This document shows, one piece after another, positions 29,193-43,168 of a stretch of 64,000 nt of DNA. The DNA lies in contig OZ024742.1 of NCBI GenBank assembly GCA_964016885.1, positions 258,044,001 to 258,108,000 of the forward strand, in the 5' to 3' direction. The position numbers were made by a program, and so were the translations under genes. The stretch's first letter is position 1. Every line of letters begins with the position of its first letter. Source of the DNA: Eledone cirrhosa (taxonomy: Eukaryota). Below the pieces are notes generated by a model that ran no database searches, was not told where the DNA came from, and saw nothing but the letters and a program-made list of their open reading frames with translations.

Positions 29193-29582
29193 GTTCCTTT
29201 GTCAGGGTTGAACAAATGAGCAACGATGGTTTTTAGACACTGTACGGCTTAATTCGGGATGTTTGTTTACAAACACGCCGAGCATTATAATAAATGTTCG
29301 GTGAATCCATACGTACATATATATATATGTGTGCATGTATGTATATATATATACATACTACACTACGTCTGTATACATATATGTATGTACGTATACATAC
29401 TTATATTTAAGCAACAGCCGTACTAAGAGTGAGAAATGAAATTTCGTTTCATTTTTTCCATTTATCGTTTTCGGTATCTCGGCCGATTAACTCACTCGAT
29501 ATGAAAATTAGGCTGCTCAGCCGTTAATATGCATAAGGAAAGTATATACTTTCATACGTTCAATCATCTGACAGGCAGGTAT

Positions 29583-29625
29583 ACGTTGCTGACGATAGCT
29601 AATAAGCTTGAAACTAGTACAGCGT
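29583..29625 (+). ncRNA. Minimal hammerhead ribozyme (family G)
   Basis: acgttg CTGACGA tagct aata agctt GAAA ctag TA cagcgt. 6-bp stem I, GTA 29617-19. Confidence 0.82.
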
Positions 29626-29830
29626 TCCTTTGTCAGGGTTAAACAAATGAGCAACGATGGTTGCTAGATACTGTACGGCTTAATTCGGGATGTTTGTTTA
29701 CAAACTCACCGAGCATTATAATAAATGTTCGGCTAATTCATACGTACATATATATATATGTGTGCATGTATGTATATATATATACATACTACTCTACGTC
29801 TGTATACATAAATGGATGTACGATTACATA

Positions 29831-29869
<39 letters not shown>

Positions 29870-30639
29870 AAAACTTGAGAGGGGACACCGAGCTCGAAAG
29901 ACAAGGGTAACTATTCTCGCTCATCAGCTGTCTTTTATTACATACACGACCTTTTGCCACCATGCATCCATACAATTCTTGGATCTCTATTCGGAAAGAA
30001 AACACAACGGACTTGGTCGAAGAAAAAAATAGACAATAAAAAAGAAATACCAAATACCGATATGGGACCGGTACAAATTACAATCGAAATCAGCACACGT
30101 TAATGTGGTTAGTATCCTAAGTAAGGAACGAAAAAAATTAATGGAAGTTTATTAACAAGGATGTATTTTGCCGAGATCCACGGAAGTGGTTCGTTGTCAG
30201 AACGCAAAAGCAGGAAACAAATGTTTACACGGAAGTATTGGTTAAGGCAGCACGAATGAAGTGTTGGGTAGGGCAGTAATATAACTGTGAGAAAGGGACA
30301 AATAAGGCAGAGAGGGGAATAGAGATAGATAGACGGAAAGCGAAAGAGAGAGCGAGCTGTGTGGTTACTGGGAAATAGTTTTTCCGATCCCATATCGGTA
30401 TGTAAATATTACTTTTTTTTTTTGGGGGGGGGGTATTCTTCTTCCAATGTCCGTTGTGTTTTCTTCCCGGATAGCTTACCATGAATAATTATTAAGGCAC
30501 TGCGCTAAATAGTCCCGTCTTTAATGTATTCGAAACTATAATGATCCTCATAAAACAGCCGATGATCGGGTATTGGCTTTGTGTTAGTGTGTTCCGAGTT
30601 TTCTGTTCCCCTTTATCCCATAAATTATTTTTAAATGTA

Positions 30640-30716
<77 letters not shown>

Positions 30717-30858
30717 GAAGTAAATATGCCCAAGGGCCAAAAGAATAGGTAAATATTTAAATTATAATTTTTAATCTATTTTAAAAAATTGGTTGAATCT
30801 TGTTTGTTCTGCTTATCTTAATATATATATATATATATATTTATTTATTTTTAAATGT

Positions 30859-30939
<81 letters not shown>

Positions 30940-31085
30940 GAAAACTACCACTGACGAATTCTCGATAGGGAGAATTACCACGTGGTATAGCAAAAGTAGA
31001 GTTTTGGTGAGCAACATATATGCTAGAAGAAGCAGGTCATTTCAGACTTATTTTTCACAACAAAAAGGTGATTTGGACAAAATAT

Positions 31086-31128
<43 letters not shown>

Positions 31129-31678
31129 TAAAAATAGATAAGCATAAAGACACTTATATATGTGGGGAGTTCCTCATTTACCAGTTTTGCTTGTTAAATG
31201 AAAGAATTAGGTACATAAACATTTAATCATAGCTATCTAACTATTATAAACGTTGAGTGGAAGTAGACAAAGATATAACTAATTTTTCTTCTAATCCCTA
31301 CCTAGTTTCGCTACATACCAATTCGCGAAACTGTAGTCGGGACTTCGAAAAAGAAGTAGTTATAAAAATTGATAATTCTTTCATTCATCGTGCAAAAATT
31401 GGTAAAGGTCACACAAACACACACACACACACACACACGCGCACACACACACACGCGCGCGCGCGCGCGCACATACACACATACACACACATACATATAC
31501 ACACACACACACATCTACACAAACACCTTCACATAGACATACGTACATATATATATTTATCCCCTCGAATATCAACAATAATACTCGATTCGTTTGCCAT
31601 TATGCGAACAGCCTTTTTTTCAAAGCCATGTCAGAAGAATGAGCCCATCATTCTTGCTCTTGTGTTGGCATGTAAACA

Positions 31679-31728
31679 GCACAGCAGACACTAATTTTTC
31701 TGGGTATCACCATTCATCAGTGCAGTTC
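31679..31728 (-). ncRNA. Hammerhead motif (family J)
   Basis: Minus strand: gaactgca CTGATGA atggtgataccca GAAA aattagt GTC tgctgtgc. Confidence 0.6.
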
Positions 31729-32090
31729 ACTCTTCTCATGCCAACTGTCAGAGCTAGTGAAAATATACGATATTTTCTGAAATATACAGTGACTGATCAG
31801 CCTGATTTGCACAATAGCAGAATGGTTGATCAGTCAGCTCTGAATATTAGCAGATCCACTGATCAGCGGGATTTGCATATCAGCAGACAGGCGAGTCAGG
31901 TTCCTGTATATGAGCGATTAAAGGCCAGCTTTGCCATATTCAAATAAAAAGAAAATAACGCTCTACATGGCTGAATACAACAAATACAATCTGAGACCCT
32001 CGATTATCAACAATAATTCTCGAGTTGTTTGCAATTATGCAAACAGCCTCTTTTTCAAAGCTAGCTCTGACAGTTGTCAGGTAAAACAGT

Positions 32091-32140
32091 GAACTGCACT
32101 GATGAAGGGTGATACCCAGAAACATTAGTGCCTGCAGTTC
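32091..32140 (+). ncRNA. Hammerhead motif (family J), GCC at the cleavage triplet
   Basis: gaactgca CTGATGA agggtgataccca GAAA cattagt GCC tgcagttc. 8-bp stem I. Confidence 0.7.
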
Positions 32141-32524
32141 TGTTTACATGCCAACACATGAGCAAGTATGAGGGGCTCATTCTACTGACATAGCTTTAAA
32201 AAAATAGATGCTGGTTGCATAATTGCAAACGAATCGAGTATTATTATTATTACAGGGTCGATAAAATAAAGTACCAGTAATGCACTGGGTAATTGCTGGC
32301 CTTCTGCCTAAAGTAGAAACAATTATTAATATTCGAGGGGCTCAGATTGCGTTTGTTGCATTCAGCAATGTAGAGTGATATTGTTTTTTAGATTTATATA
32401 TATATTTAAATATGTTTATACTTTCATGTTTGTATGTAGATGTATCTTACTATTTTGTGTATATTGTGGCACAATGGTGAACTTGTTCGTCTACAGTAAC
32501 AAGTACTTATTTTCACGCTCGTCA

Positions 32525-32627
<103 letters not shown>

Positions 32628-32628
32628 T

Positions 32629-32678
<50 letters not shown>

Positions 32679-32687
32679 TATATATAT

Positions 32688-33230
32688 AGGAGAATAGGAG
32701 ACACCAGACGCAAGAGACAGAGAAGCACCCAAGGCAAGTGCTTCCTTAAAATGCCACACCTGGGCGAGAAAACCACCAACGCTATCCGCAAGGCTATACG
32801 GAGGGAGGGCCTCGACATCCTCCTGGCCCACTCGGGCCCCTCCCTGCGAAGATGCCTCTCCAGGAAACCCGAAAAATCTACAGAAGCATGCTCCCTCAGA
32901 GACTGCCCGATACGCCATGCGAACTGTTGCCTACGCACATACGTCGTGTATGAGATAGAATGTGACAGGTGCAACCAATACTACATAGGTAGCACAATTC
33001 GACCTTTGCACATCCGGATCAAGGAACACATTAAAACCAGGGCCTCGTCTTTCCGGAAACACATAGACAAATGCGGAAACAAAGACGGAAGGCCCATTGT
33101 CACAATTCTAGCGACTGAAAAAAATGTCGGCACGTTACGTATCAAGGAAGCGCTTTTTATCAAACGACTGCAACCGCAAATAAAAAAACCGATCAGAGAG
33201 AAGCGAAATGAGATGGCTGGTTTAAGTTAA
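32688..33230 (+). mobile_element. PLE 3' fragment: Cys-rich linker + GIY-YIG endonuclease, open frame, 5'-truncated in (TA)n
   Basis: CSLRDCP...[35 protein letters not shown]...H...LRIKEALFIKRLQPQI. Confidence 0.9.
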
Positions 33231-33879
33231 CAAGCGATGCAACAACACACAACACACGCACACACACACGCAAACGAGACAACTACGCACACACACGCAC
33301 ACACACACAGTAGCATTCCACCATACGAACATACTACACTGCCAATACAGAGGAACAAGGCAACAACACACGCACACACACACACAGTAACATTTAACAA
33401 ACAGGCAGAGAATGGACTGACAGCTAGCGTCATCCCACTCCCTCATTCGGCCGCTGACCTCTGTACGACCGACCTCATTTCACGCGCACGCGCGCTCTGC
33501 CGAATACCTCAGATATTCAAAACAACAAACAGCGAAGGACGCGTTACGGACTTGTCCGACAGACAACCTTTTCTCCACCCCGGAAAAAAAACCCAGTTGA
33601 TGGATGTGAATGCGAAATATATAGGGACTATTAAATCTCTCCCAAGGTAACTCGCTCTTGTGTTGTTATTTTTATTTTTATTTTTTATTTTATCCTTTAT
33701 ACTCTTCCCTTCATTCTACACATCTCACACATCTTATACACACCACTCATCTCAACGTACACCCACTTACATCTCTCTCTCCACCACCGGACCTTGTTAC
33801 CCATTTGCATAGCCGAGGCTTCCAAACGACTTAAAGTTATTTACTTATTGTTCCACAATGCTTCAAGCAAACTTCAATA

Positions 33880-33934
<55 letters not shown>

Positions 33935-36900
33935 GCATACATACGGACACTCATACAAACCTAAACACCCATGTGTGTGTATGTGCGTGTGTGTGCATGT
34001 GTGTGGGGGGGGGGGGGATGTATGTGTGTGTTTGCGGTTGTCTCTCTGTAAGTTATGTTATTTATTTGTTTTGACAATTTGAAAATTGTTTGCTATCCAA
34101 CCCAATCGTTTTAATTGCTCTTTTCTCATAAAATACTTCCTGATATATTAATCTTCTTTTTTTCTCTAATATTTCATAAATGTCGAAAATGTATTCCCTA
34201 CATATTTCCCTCTATATCCCTCTATTGCAATCGTAAAAAGCATTCGGTTCACCGATTATGTTACAAATGAGCTAGCAGTATATTAAATAAAGCTGCTAGA
34301 AAAGTTGGGTCATGTCGTAAATATTTAAGTAGTATATAGAGCAATTATTAATTGGAAATTGTACATAAGTGTAATTTAGTTCCGGTGTAAAATTTCTTCA
34401 ATTTTAGAAAATGTCTTAAGCCACATTATGTAGAACGAAATATAGAACTGTATATTGGTAAATATTATATTCCAAACTTCAAATATTTGTTTAAACATTG
34501 TCATATGTCGTGCCACATTCCGCTGTGCCACCCTCATAATTTTGGTAACACATTAGGGCAACACCATCCGCAACACAGAGAAACGACGTTTTTGCCACCC
34601 AAACTGCAGCTTACCCCCGCATATTCGTGAGGAGGACATTGCAACTAAAGATGGAGTCACGTGATAAGGAATTACTTATGCAGGCTATATTATTAACTAT
34701 TCTGCATTGCATTGTTTTGCCTATCTTGTCTGCAGGGGGAAGGTGAGATATACACCAAGCCAAGGGTGTAAAATTTTCCACTTTCATCTTTTTTCTTCTA
34801 TGTTTCTGTCTTCATACTTACTATTTGTGAATGAGAAGACAAAGCTATGTTTATTAAACATTAATGTATCGTATATATTTTCATATACACTTCTATTATG
34901 AATCAGAAAATGTTATTGCTAATTCTCATTAATAACAAACTGTCAAAGCCTCAATATACATTTCCTTAGCTACACGATAGGCTAAATCAATATATGCTAT
35001 TGCCTATTATGTCATTAGAAGATGGATAAAAGTTCTGAAATACTAATGTTTTGCGTTCTCCTACGGTGATGACATAGTGGTTATATGATCAGAGATTAAA
35101 ACATTTACAGTGAAATTTGCGTACGTTTGTTATATATAAATATAGAGTATGTGCTTTCATTTATACTTCTCTTATGAACCAGACTATATTACTGACACTG
35201 CTAAATGTATAACAGAAGATGTTGAGGGAATAATTTTAAATCCCATATATATCAATGCGTTTCATGAGGATTATGACCAGGCGAGGTAACTACTCACTCT
35301 AAGTGGAGTAAAACACCAACTCTGAATGGTTTTAACAGAGCACCATTTATCCAAACGCAAATACAAGTGTATTCGTAGAGTAACTTCATGGTACCAAGCT
35401 GTCCAACAATTATATATTCCTGTACAACTTTCTAGAAAAGGTCATTCTTTTGAGGGCTACAAATCAAGCATATCCCTCTTGTCAATATTCCCATGATTTC
35501 TTGGCAGAGATGTAAGACTCTTTGGTTGAATATGTTACGTCCGTAGTGAAAATCACACTATTCATTAGCTAGCTTGTACGCGATAATAACTCTACGTTTC
35601 TTTACCAAATACTTAGCATAGACGTAATCGGAAGGTTTAACAAGGAGATGCTCTGAATTTAGATCAATCTATCTTTTCTCCCTTTCGGAATCCGTCAGTA
35701 AATGAGAGTTCCACGGCTGATGAATTTGCAGTGTCGATCGAGATGTCGTGGTGTACCTGCTCAGATACTTTGCGTTCTGTTTTCAGATCCTACCTCGTGC
35801 CTCTGGTTACAGGAAAATGGTGACGCTTCTGCTCGCATTTGCTATCAGCAGATAGTGTCGGCAATGAATAGAATTAATGTAAACATAGATGACCTGGTCC
35901 CCTCTGACGCGAACAAATATTGCATTTTGTCTGACGCTCTATTAACGTTGCCGATACGTTAATAACAGCATCGTATTAGTTTATATGTAATACCTGTACA
36001 ATATTGGGTCTCCAGCAAGTATGATGATGTGCATTCACCTGTCCAATCATCTGAACTTGAGAATTAATGTAACACTCAGATACCGATACTTCTCGCTTGA
36101 TCTAATTTCTCAACCAAATCAGCGAGACTCAATATGTGATATGGCTGGTTATTTGTAATTCTGATAAAATCAATCTAATGGTTATCTACATTTTCTGTCT
36201 ACACTACTTCACCTACGAGTCGACTCGAAGTTATGTTACACATCACTTACCCGAAATTCTATGCAGCGGAATCGAAAATGGAACTATTTCTTTGCGATGT
36301 ATATTTCGTAACCATTTCGCCATGTTGCTTCCGCTCTAACGCTCTCACAATTTTCTCAATTTACTGAATGTTTTATTTCTTTAGAACACAGCTACTAACA
36401 TTGGTAGCTAATGATTCTTAGATGTTAACCTTTGGACAGAGGTACATGGTGGTTAAACATTAGGCTCACGTTCGTTACATCACTTACATCGTACGCGTAG
36501 ATTTCCTGAGAAATTACTGATGCTTTTCTTAAGTAAGTTGTATGAAGGTCCGTCAATTTCGTATTTTATAATTTTATACTCTTTGTTTGGCGGGGAGAAA
36601 TAATAGAAATTATGTGTTGTTACTAGGGAAGGCGCGTGGCTTACGATCTTAATTCATGGATTCAATTCCTGAGCAAAACATTTCATTTCACGTTGCTGAA
36701 AATGAGAACTGGAGGTTTAACTTTGCGATGGACAGACTTCCTATCCAGCGGGCAGTCTTGAAACTGGGATAGGGACCAGCCCAGCGCGCTACTTCAAGGA
36801 AAGGCTACGCACGAGGGAATGCATGTACTAGGGAGGGACCAAGTAAAAGCTTAGAGAAACTTTGCATTAGATTGGCGATACGCCATACAAGTGTTTCCCA

Positions 36901-37494
36901 TCGTACTTATATAACTACCAACTACACATGATAGTATTAATTATGCAATACATATTATACATATTTAATAGGAATTCTACATTTGTAGGAAATATATAAA
37001 CCTTATGAACACGAAACTCAGAAATTATTGTACGACAAAATACTTTCTTAATTTTCATAATTACAATAAATCATGAGACGTATTTTATTGCTTTTAAAGT
37101 TTGTGCTTTAGATAATCTTCAAAGAATGTGGTCTCTCTGATAATGGCTACATTATTATTTCAATTAAGGTCATATGTAAGTACTTATATGTAAACACTAA
37201 TTTGTAACAAACATTGATTTGTTAACGTCTAAGTAGTTTCTTGATCATAATATTCAGTATTTTATGAGTGTTTCTGCTAGATGATTTCATGAAATTCCCA
37301 TTTATTAAATGATTGTCACATACATACATACACGAATGAGTACGTAAATACACACATGCACACACGCATGCACACACACACACAATCCACGCACATACAT
37401 AGATACACACACACACACATATATAATAATAATAATAATTATTATTATTATTTATTTGCTTAAAATTTAATCTGTTATTTAAATAAATTAAAAA

Positions 37495-37605
<111 letters not shown>

Positions 37606-37628
37606 AATGAATGAAAACCAGGATTTTT

Positions 37629-37682
37629 CATTCTGAGGATTGAAAGCAAAACCTTTTGCTTTTAAGAAACCACTGGTAAATG
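37629..37682 (+). ncRNA. Type I hammerhead ribozyme (family E) in a ~110-bp solo module between (TA)n tracts
   Basis: catt CTGAGGA ttgaaagcaaaa-cc-ttttgcttttaa GAAA ccactgg TA aatg. Confidence 0.88.
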
Positions 37683-37711
37683 GAATAATTGCCTTATGTT
37701 GTTTATTACAT

Positions 37712-37754
<43 letters not shown>

Positions 37755-37904
37755 AATGAATATATGATAGGGATAAACACTGATACAAGTATACATGTGT
37801 TTGCATTGCAAATGACCAAGTTAGCTAGATTGAAAAATACTAATTAAAATAATAAAAGACTATTTGAGTTTATAACTCTATATATAATATATATATATAT
37901 ATAT

Positions 37905-38001
<97 letters not shown>

Positions 38002-39161
38002 GTTGTCACGAATGTATATATCAATAAAAAATATTATTAAAAGACCTTATTCAGAGAAGTAAATATATATAGTGAGTGTCATATAAATCACCGAAGAGTA
38101 GATCGCAGTAAAGTTTTCGAAAGAACACTTCAGAAGCATCATTCCCTTTGGATGTACTCACATTCAAGCAACTTAAATATAAGAACATAACCAAAAATAC
38201 CTTACTGTAATTTGATTAAAGATTCTGAATTGAAGAATAAATCAGACCTTTTCAATAGATTGATATGGCCATCATTACCAAATCAATTCTTCATCGGAGG
38301 GTTTCTGTAAGGTATAACAATAAATATGGATATGTAATGAAGTTTTTTTAGGAAGCCGTAGCTATGTAAGCACCGGGGATCTAACACCTCCTGGTGGTAT
38401 CCAGTAGAAGCAAGGGGGACAACCGTCTATGCATTTCAGGCTTGACTGGCCATTGTCCGGACGATCCCTCTCCTCTTTTGCGACTGCTGGACTGGAAAAC
38501 TGCCCAGTGTATATAGTTTTCTCCTCTGTGTAAATGAGGTGATTAATCTCATTTACATATGAAGCATAAGTTGGCTCAACTTATAATAAAAAGAAAATTT
38601 CGCTTCGAGCCTAGCTTCATAAAATATGTATTGAAGTTTTTAGGAAGCCGTAGCTATGTAAAGACCGAGGGGCTAACGCCCCCCTGCTGGTATCCATTAG
38701 AAGCAGATATCGATATCTCTTTTAAGAAAAATGTTTCATCTCTTATAATGCAACATAGTAGAATAATATTAAAAATAATACCACGGCACGCATGCGTTAG
38801 TCCCTTCATTCAAATATTAAATTGTTGATTGATTGAAGCACGCGTGTGGTCGAATTATTTTTCATTGTATTGCACCATGCTGGATCGATGACAGATGAAA
38901 AGCTTTGATTAAACAGGTATCTGTATTTATTCTCATATGTAACTTATTATAATAAAGGGAGGAATGCGCGACTCTGCCCTGTTTATCCCGTTAGTAAAAT
39001 ATTTGGGATTACTTTCAATAAATAATGAATGAATATTATATAATTTATGCAATTTGTGATTAATCATAAATGATTTTATTGCTTTTTTCAAGATTTACTT
39101 CTTTTAAAAGATTCAAATTTTAACACTTCTGGGATATTGCCACCATCACCACCTCAACTAT

Positions 39162-39225
<64 letters not shown>

Positions 39226-39274
39226 GATCGAGAATGAAAGAGAGGGATACAGATTGATAGAATGTGTATGTGAC

Positions 39275-39368
<94 letters not shown>

Positions 39369-39879
39369 GGGGCGAGAAAGAAAGAAATATAGAGAGTGAA
39401 AGAGAAAGATGAAGAGATTAGGATATATTTCAACACGCAGACGCATATGTATGTGGCTGCGTGTGTGTATGTGCATACTCATACGTTTATATGTATGAGT
39501 ATATAACTATAATCGCGCAAACACAGAGACAAAAATACACAGTCACGGACATTCCCACAAATGCACACACACACACACATATATTTAATTTACACAAACA
39601 TACACATACAGTTACACAGAATGATAGTAGCGTTTGATACATTTTGAAATGGGAGGTTAAAATTGAATAGAACCTCTTATCTACGTATTCTTAACAACAC
39701 GGTTTAACACTATTTTTTATAACTCATTTATTGTTACAGGTTTATTCACAGTTGTATACAAAGATATAATGCTCACAGAATATAATGCTCCCAGAATGAA
39801 AATACTAACAAACATATATTCAAAGAAAAGGGAAAGGAAAAGAAGAAATAGACAAAACCCACAAGCAGTTAATACGCAC

Positions 39880-40200
39880 ATCGAGGACCACATACAACAG
39901 AAGGCAGGCGAAAAGGCTGGACAAACGAGCCGCTACCAGAGCAAAAGATGACAATATAGCGAGGAGTGCTGGAAACCGTGTTGGTGAGGCTGAGAGACTG
40001 GAACAACCACATACCCTCACGGTCATCACCAGTTATGTCAGTTAAGCGAGCCGCCAAGGGTATTAGAACCTCACTGTCAGTAGTCCCAAACGTCTCAAAC
40101 GACACAGGATGGGTCACTAACTGAGAAATCCCCGATGGGCTCCTGCCTCTTGACCGGGGATACAGGGTAAGACTGTCAGGTGTTTTCCCAACTATTTTGG
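39880..40200 (-). mobile_element. CRE-like non-LTR retrotransposon REL endonuclease remnant
   Basis: PDSLTLYPRSRGR...PVSFETFG...LAARLTDITGDDREGMWLFQSLS resembles the CRE-clade C-terminus. Confidence 0.6.
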
Positions 40201-40439
40201 AAACCCAGACGGATCTAAAATTGAGGGGATGTTTGCCAGGGCCAAAGCTCTTAAGTGGTAATAGGACAGTGTGTGTATGTGCGCGCACGTGAGTTTAATG
40301 GTGCTCTTAAATTATAGACGTGTGTAAGTGTCATCGTTTTTAAGTTAGAGGCATATTTATGTGTGTATGCCCTTCCTTCCTTTTACACACACAAACATTC
40401 ACACAAACACACACACATTGTGTGATGGACGGATGGACA

Positions 40440-41098
40440 GAAGTCGCTCAAATTTATATACATGTGAATGGAGTTCTACTGAAGCAGGTAGAGAATTTCA
40501 ACTTCCTCGGGGTCTCGTTCATGAGAGATGGAAGGCATGGAGGTTGAATTCATTGAAAGAATTGTAAAAGTTGATGCATTAATGCGCCAGCTTCAGCATT
40601 CAGTAATCAGAAGAAAGGTAGGTGTAAAATTCAAACTCGCTGTCTTTCTGGTTTTGCTCCCAACCTTTCCGAGGGTCACGATTCTTGAGTAGTGACCGAA
40701 AGAATAGAATTGCAAATACAAGCGGCAGAAATGGGGTTCCTCCGAAGTTTCTTTCTAGTAACGTTACTTGATAAAGTGCGCAACTCGGATTCACTCAAGT
40801 TAGAGCCGCTACTTCTCCGAATCGAAAGATCACAACTACAATACTATGGGCATGTGGTTAGAATGCCTCAGGAAATAATAGCTCGACAAATTTTACAGGC
40901 AAAACCAACCGGCAAGAGACCCAAAGATAGACCCTGAGCAAGAGAGTAGGATAACGACCATTAGCTTGGCTGGTCATGCTTTGGGATCCAGCCGCATCAG
41001 TTATAGATGTTTGCTTCTGACAGACTCGCTGGAAGGAGTGTTTGAGAAGAACTCTGCCCCCACGACATTCTCAGGAATAAGTGTGTGAAGAAGAAGAA
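40440..41098 (+). mobile_element. RTE-type LINE 3' end with (GAA)n tail
   Basis: NGVLLKQVENFNFLGVSF; QIQAAEMGFLR; LEPLLLRIERSQLQYYGHVVRMP...PTGKRP; ends gaagaagaagaa. Confidence 0.85.
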
Positions 41099-43092
41099 TG
41101 TATTGTCAATTTACGTTTCAGTTTTCGTATATATTTATGCATATATATTTGCGTTATAATACCAGTATGCACGTTACATAAGCTATCAGAAAATTGCCCG
41201 AACGGCGGTTTTTCTGCTAGCTCTTATAATATCCGACCTGAAGGTCCTCCAGAAGAGACTACTCGGAATCACCACGTGGACGACCGGATGCTTTCTCAGG
41301 CAAACAGCCCACATTCCATTTACTAATTCTCAAATGAAATCAAGTCCTACCTTTTTATGGTTTCTCGAGTGATTTAATGATAGGGTCTCAATTTCTGTCA
41401 TGAAAGTAATGAGAAAACAAGTGTTACCTTCAAGACATTAACGGACTTTCTCTTCCAGTAATGAGACACACGACTTTATTGTAATGAGACCAACACCCTC
41501 ACCAACAGACAACGGGCTTCGTCAGTACATTTTCTGATGTCACGCGTACATCACCACACAATAGCTTTATAATACTAACTATGTATTATTGTTCCTTGAT
41601 TGTTTATGTAATAACCCCGAAGCCATCAAGCAGTTTACATTGATTTATCAATTAATGGATTGTTATTCCTGTGCCACTTTCATCCCACGCCTCAATTTAC
41701 ATCTCGTTATTTCTGTGGTATATTCATCCCGCTATCTTTACAATGAAATAGATTTTCCTGTAAATGGAACTTACTGTTTAATTATTCATAGCATTAATTC
41801 GTTTCTATGCAAATGAATACTTAAATAGTGCGTGATGTTTTCTCTTTTCTCCTTACTACTTGCATTTTGGATTAACTCTGTAATATGCTTGATGAAAAAA
41901 GAACCTCCCCCTGTATGAAAATGTCTCTGATTTTTATATTGTAAAGTTAAATAAGCTGTATCATATGCTTTATGAATGCTAAACTTTATGGCAATCCATA
42001 TACTTAAACAGGGATGTCAACATTGGTTCTATATATTGCATTTAAATGGATTTCTGGAAAACAGACAAAGTTAACACTGATAGAACTCTTACTAGTTAAG
42101 ATATTTGTTTGTTGTGTTGATATTATTATCAGAAGTATCAAATCAATATATGATACAAATGAAATGACAAATATAACCATATTGCGGCTGTTATTGTATT
42201 TTAACATTTATATATTCCTTTCAGTGAAGACGCACCTTTTAGTAGTTACGGTTTAGAATCACGATCGTAACGTTGTGATTTCGATTACATGATAAAATGA
42301 TGCGACGTGACCTAGAAAATTACATTTAAATTTACAATTAGCTGGCAAAATGAGTTACACTTCCAATTCAATGGACCGACCAATTCACACGCTAAGTTAT
42401 GAGGATTCACATAGCGAACTAGCTTAAGGTTGCCCGCTTCTGTGTAATACTCAACCACATGTACATTTATATCACAACCAACCTGTCTCGTTGTTCGAAC
42501 AACTGAAACACATGTTAGAACTGGTAGAGTTCTTACACACACCAATGTAAAACATTTCATCAGCTAATCTTATTCCTAAGATCGAACATCGAATTTTGTA
42601 AACATAGATGATTGTATCATTCATTCTCTCTTCTTTACTTTTATGATATCCTACCTTATATTAGAATATAACGTTGTAAATATTTAAAGATAAATGGAAG
42701 CACATTAGAGAATATTCTTATGGAAAACACAGCCAATTTTGTACTGTATCGCCACAACTATATTCGTTTTGAAAATATCATTGACTCTGTATACATAATA
42801 TATCTCTTTTGTTCGTCACTAGCTAGGACTTGGGATTTCTATTGACATTTTTCAATAACTGTGTATGTATCTAAAGTAAATTATGTTTACCTAGCCATTA
42901 ATAACGTGAATTTATCATAATAAGAAATTGGAGATTTATTTATGCCATATTTCTGTATTTCTATGAAAAATATAGATGCAATTATTTTCTGATTTATTCA
43001 AATGTGTCAGTGTAATGTTATATGCGACGTATCGCAATTCTTATATCGATACAGTCTTTTAACATACTGTGCTTTTGTTCAATAACACACGG

Positions 43093-43168
<76 letters not shown>

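Larger units (their letters stand above)
28406..29830. mobile_element. Tandem and inverted array of a ~430-440-bp non-coding HHR unit (retrozyme-like or pLTR array, family G)
   Basis: Units start at 28406 and 28848 in one orientation, then at 29056 and 29487 in the other. Three intact HHR cores. Confidence 0.88.
31560..32390. mobile_element. Inverted pLTR-like element (family J) with a SINE fragment inserted at ~32250-32330
   Basis: ~31560-31757 is the reverse complement of ~32060-32345. An extra inverted piece lies at 31940-32062. Confidence 0.75.

Noticed and set aside
35400-36350. Possible very old L1/Tx1 RT remnant on the minus strand
   Set aside because: Only faint motif resemblance, not supportable without a profile search.
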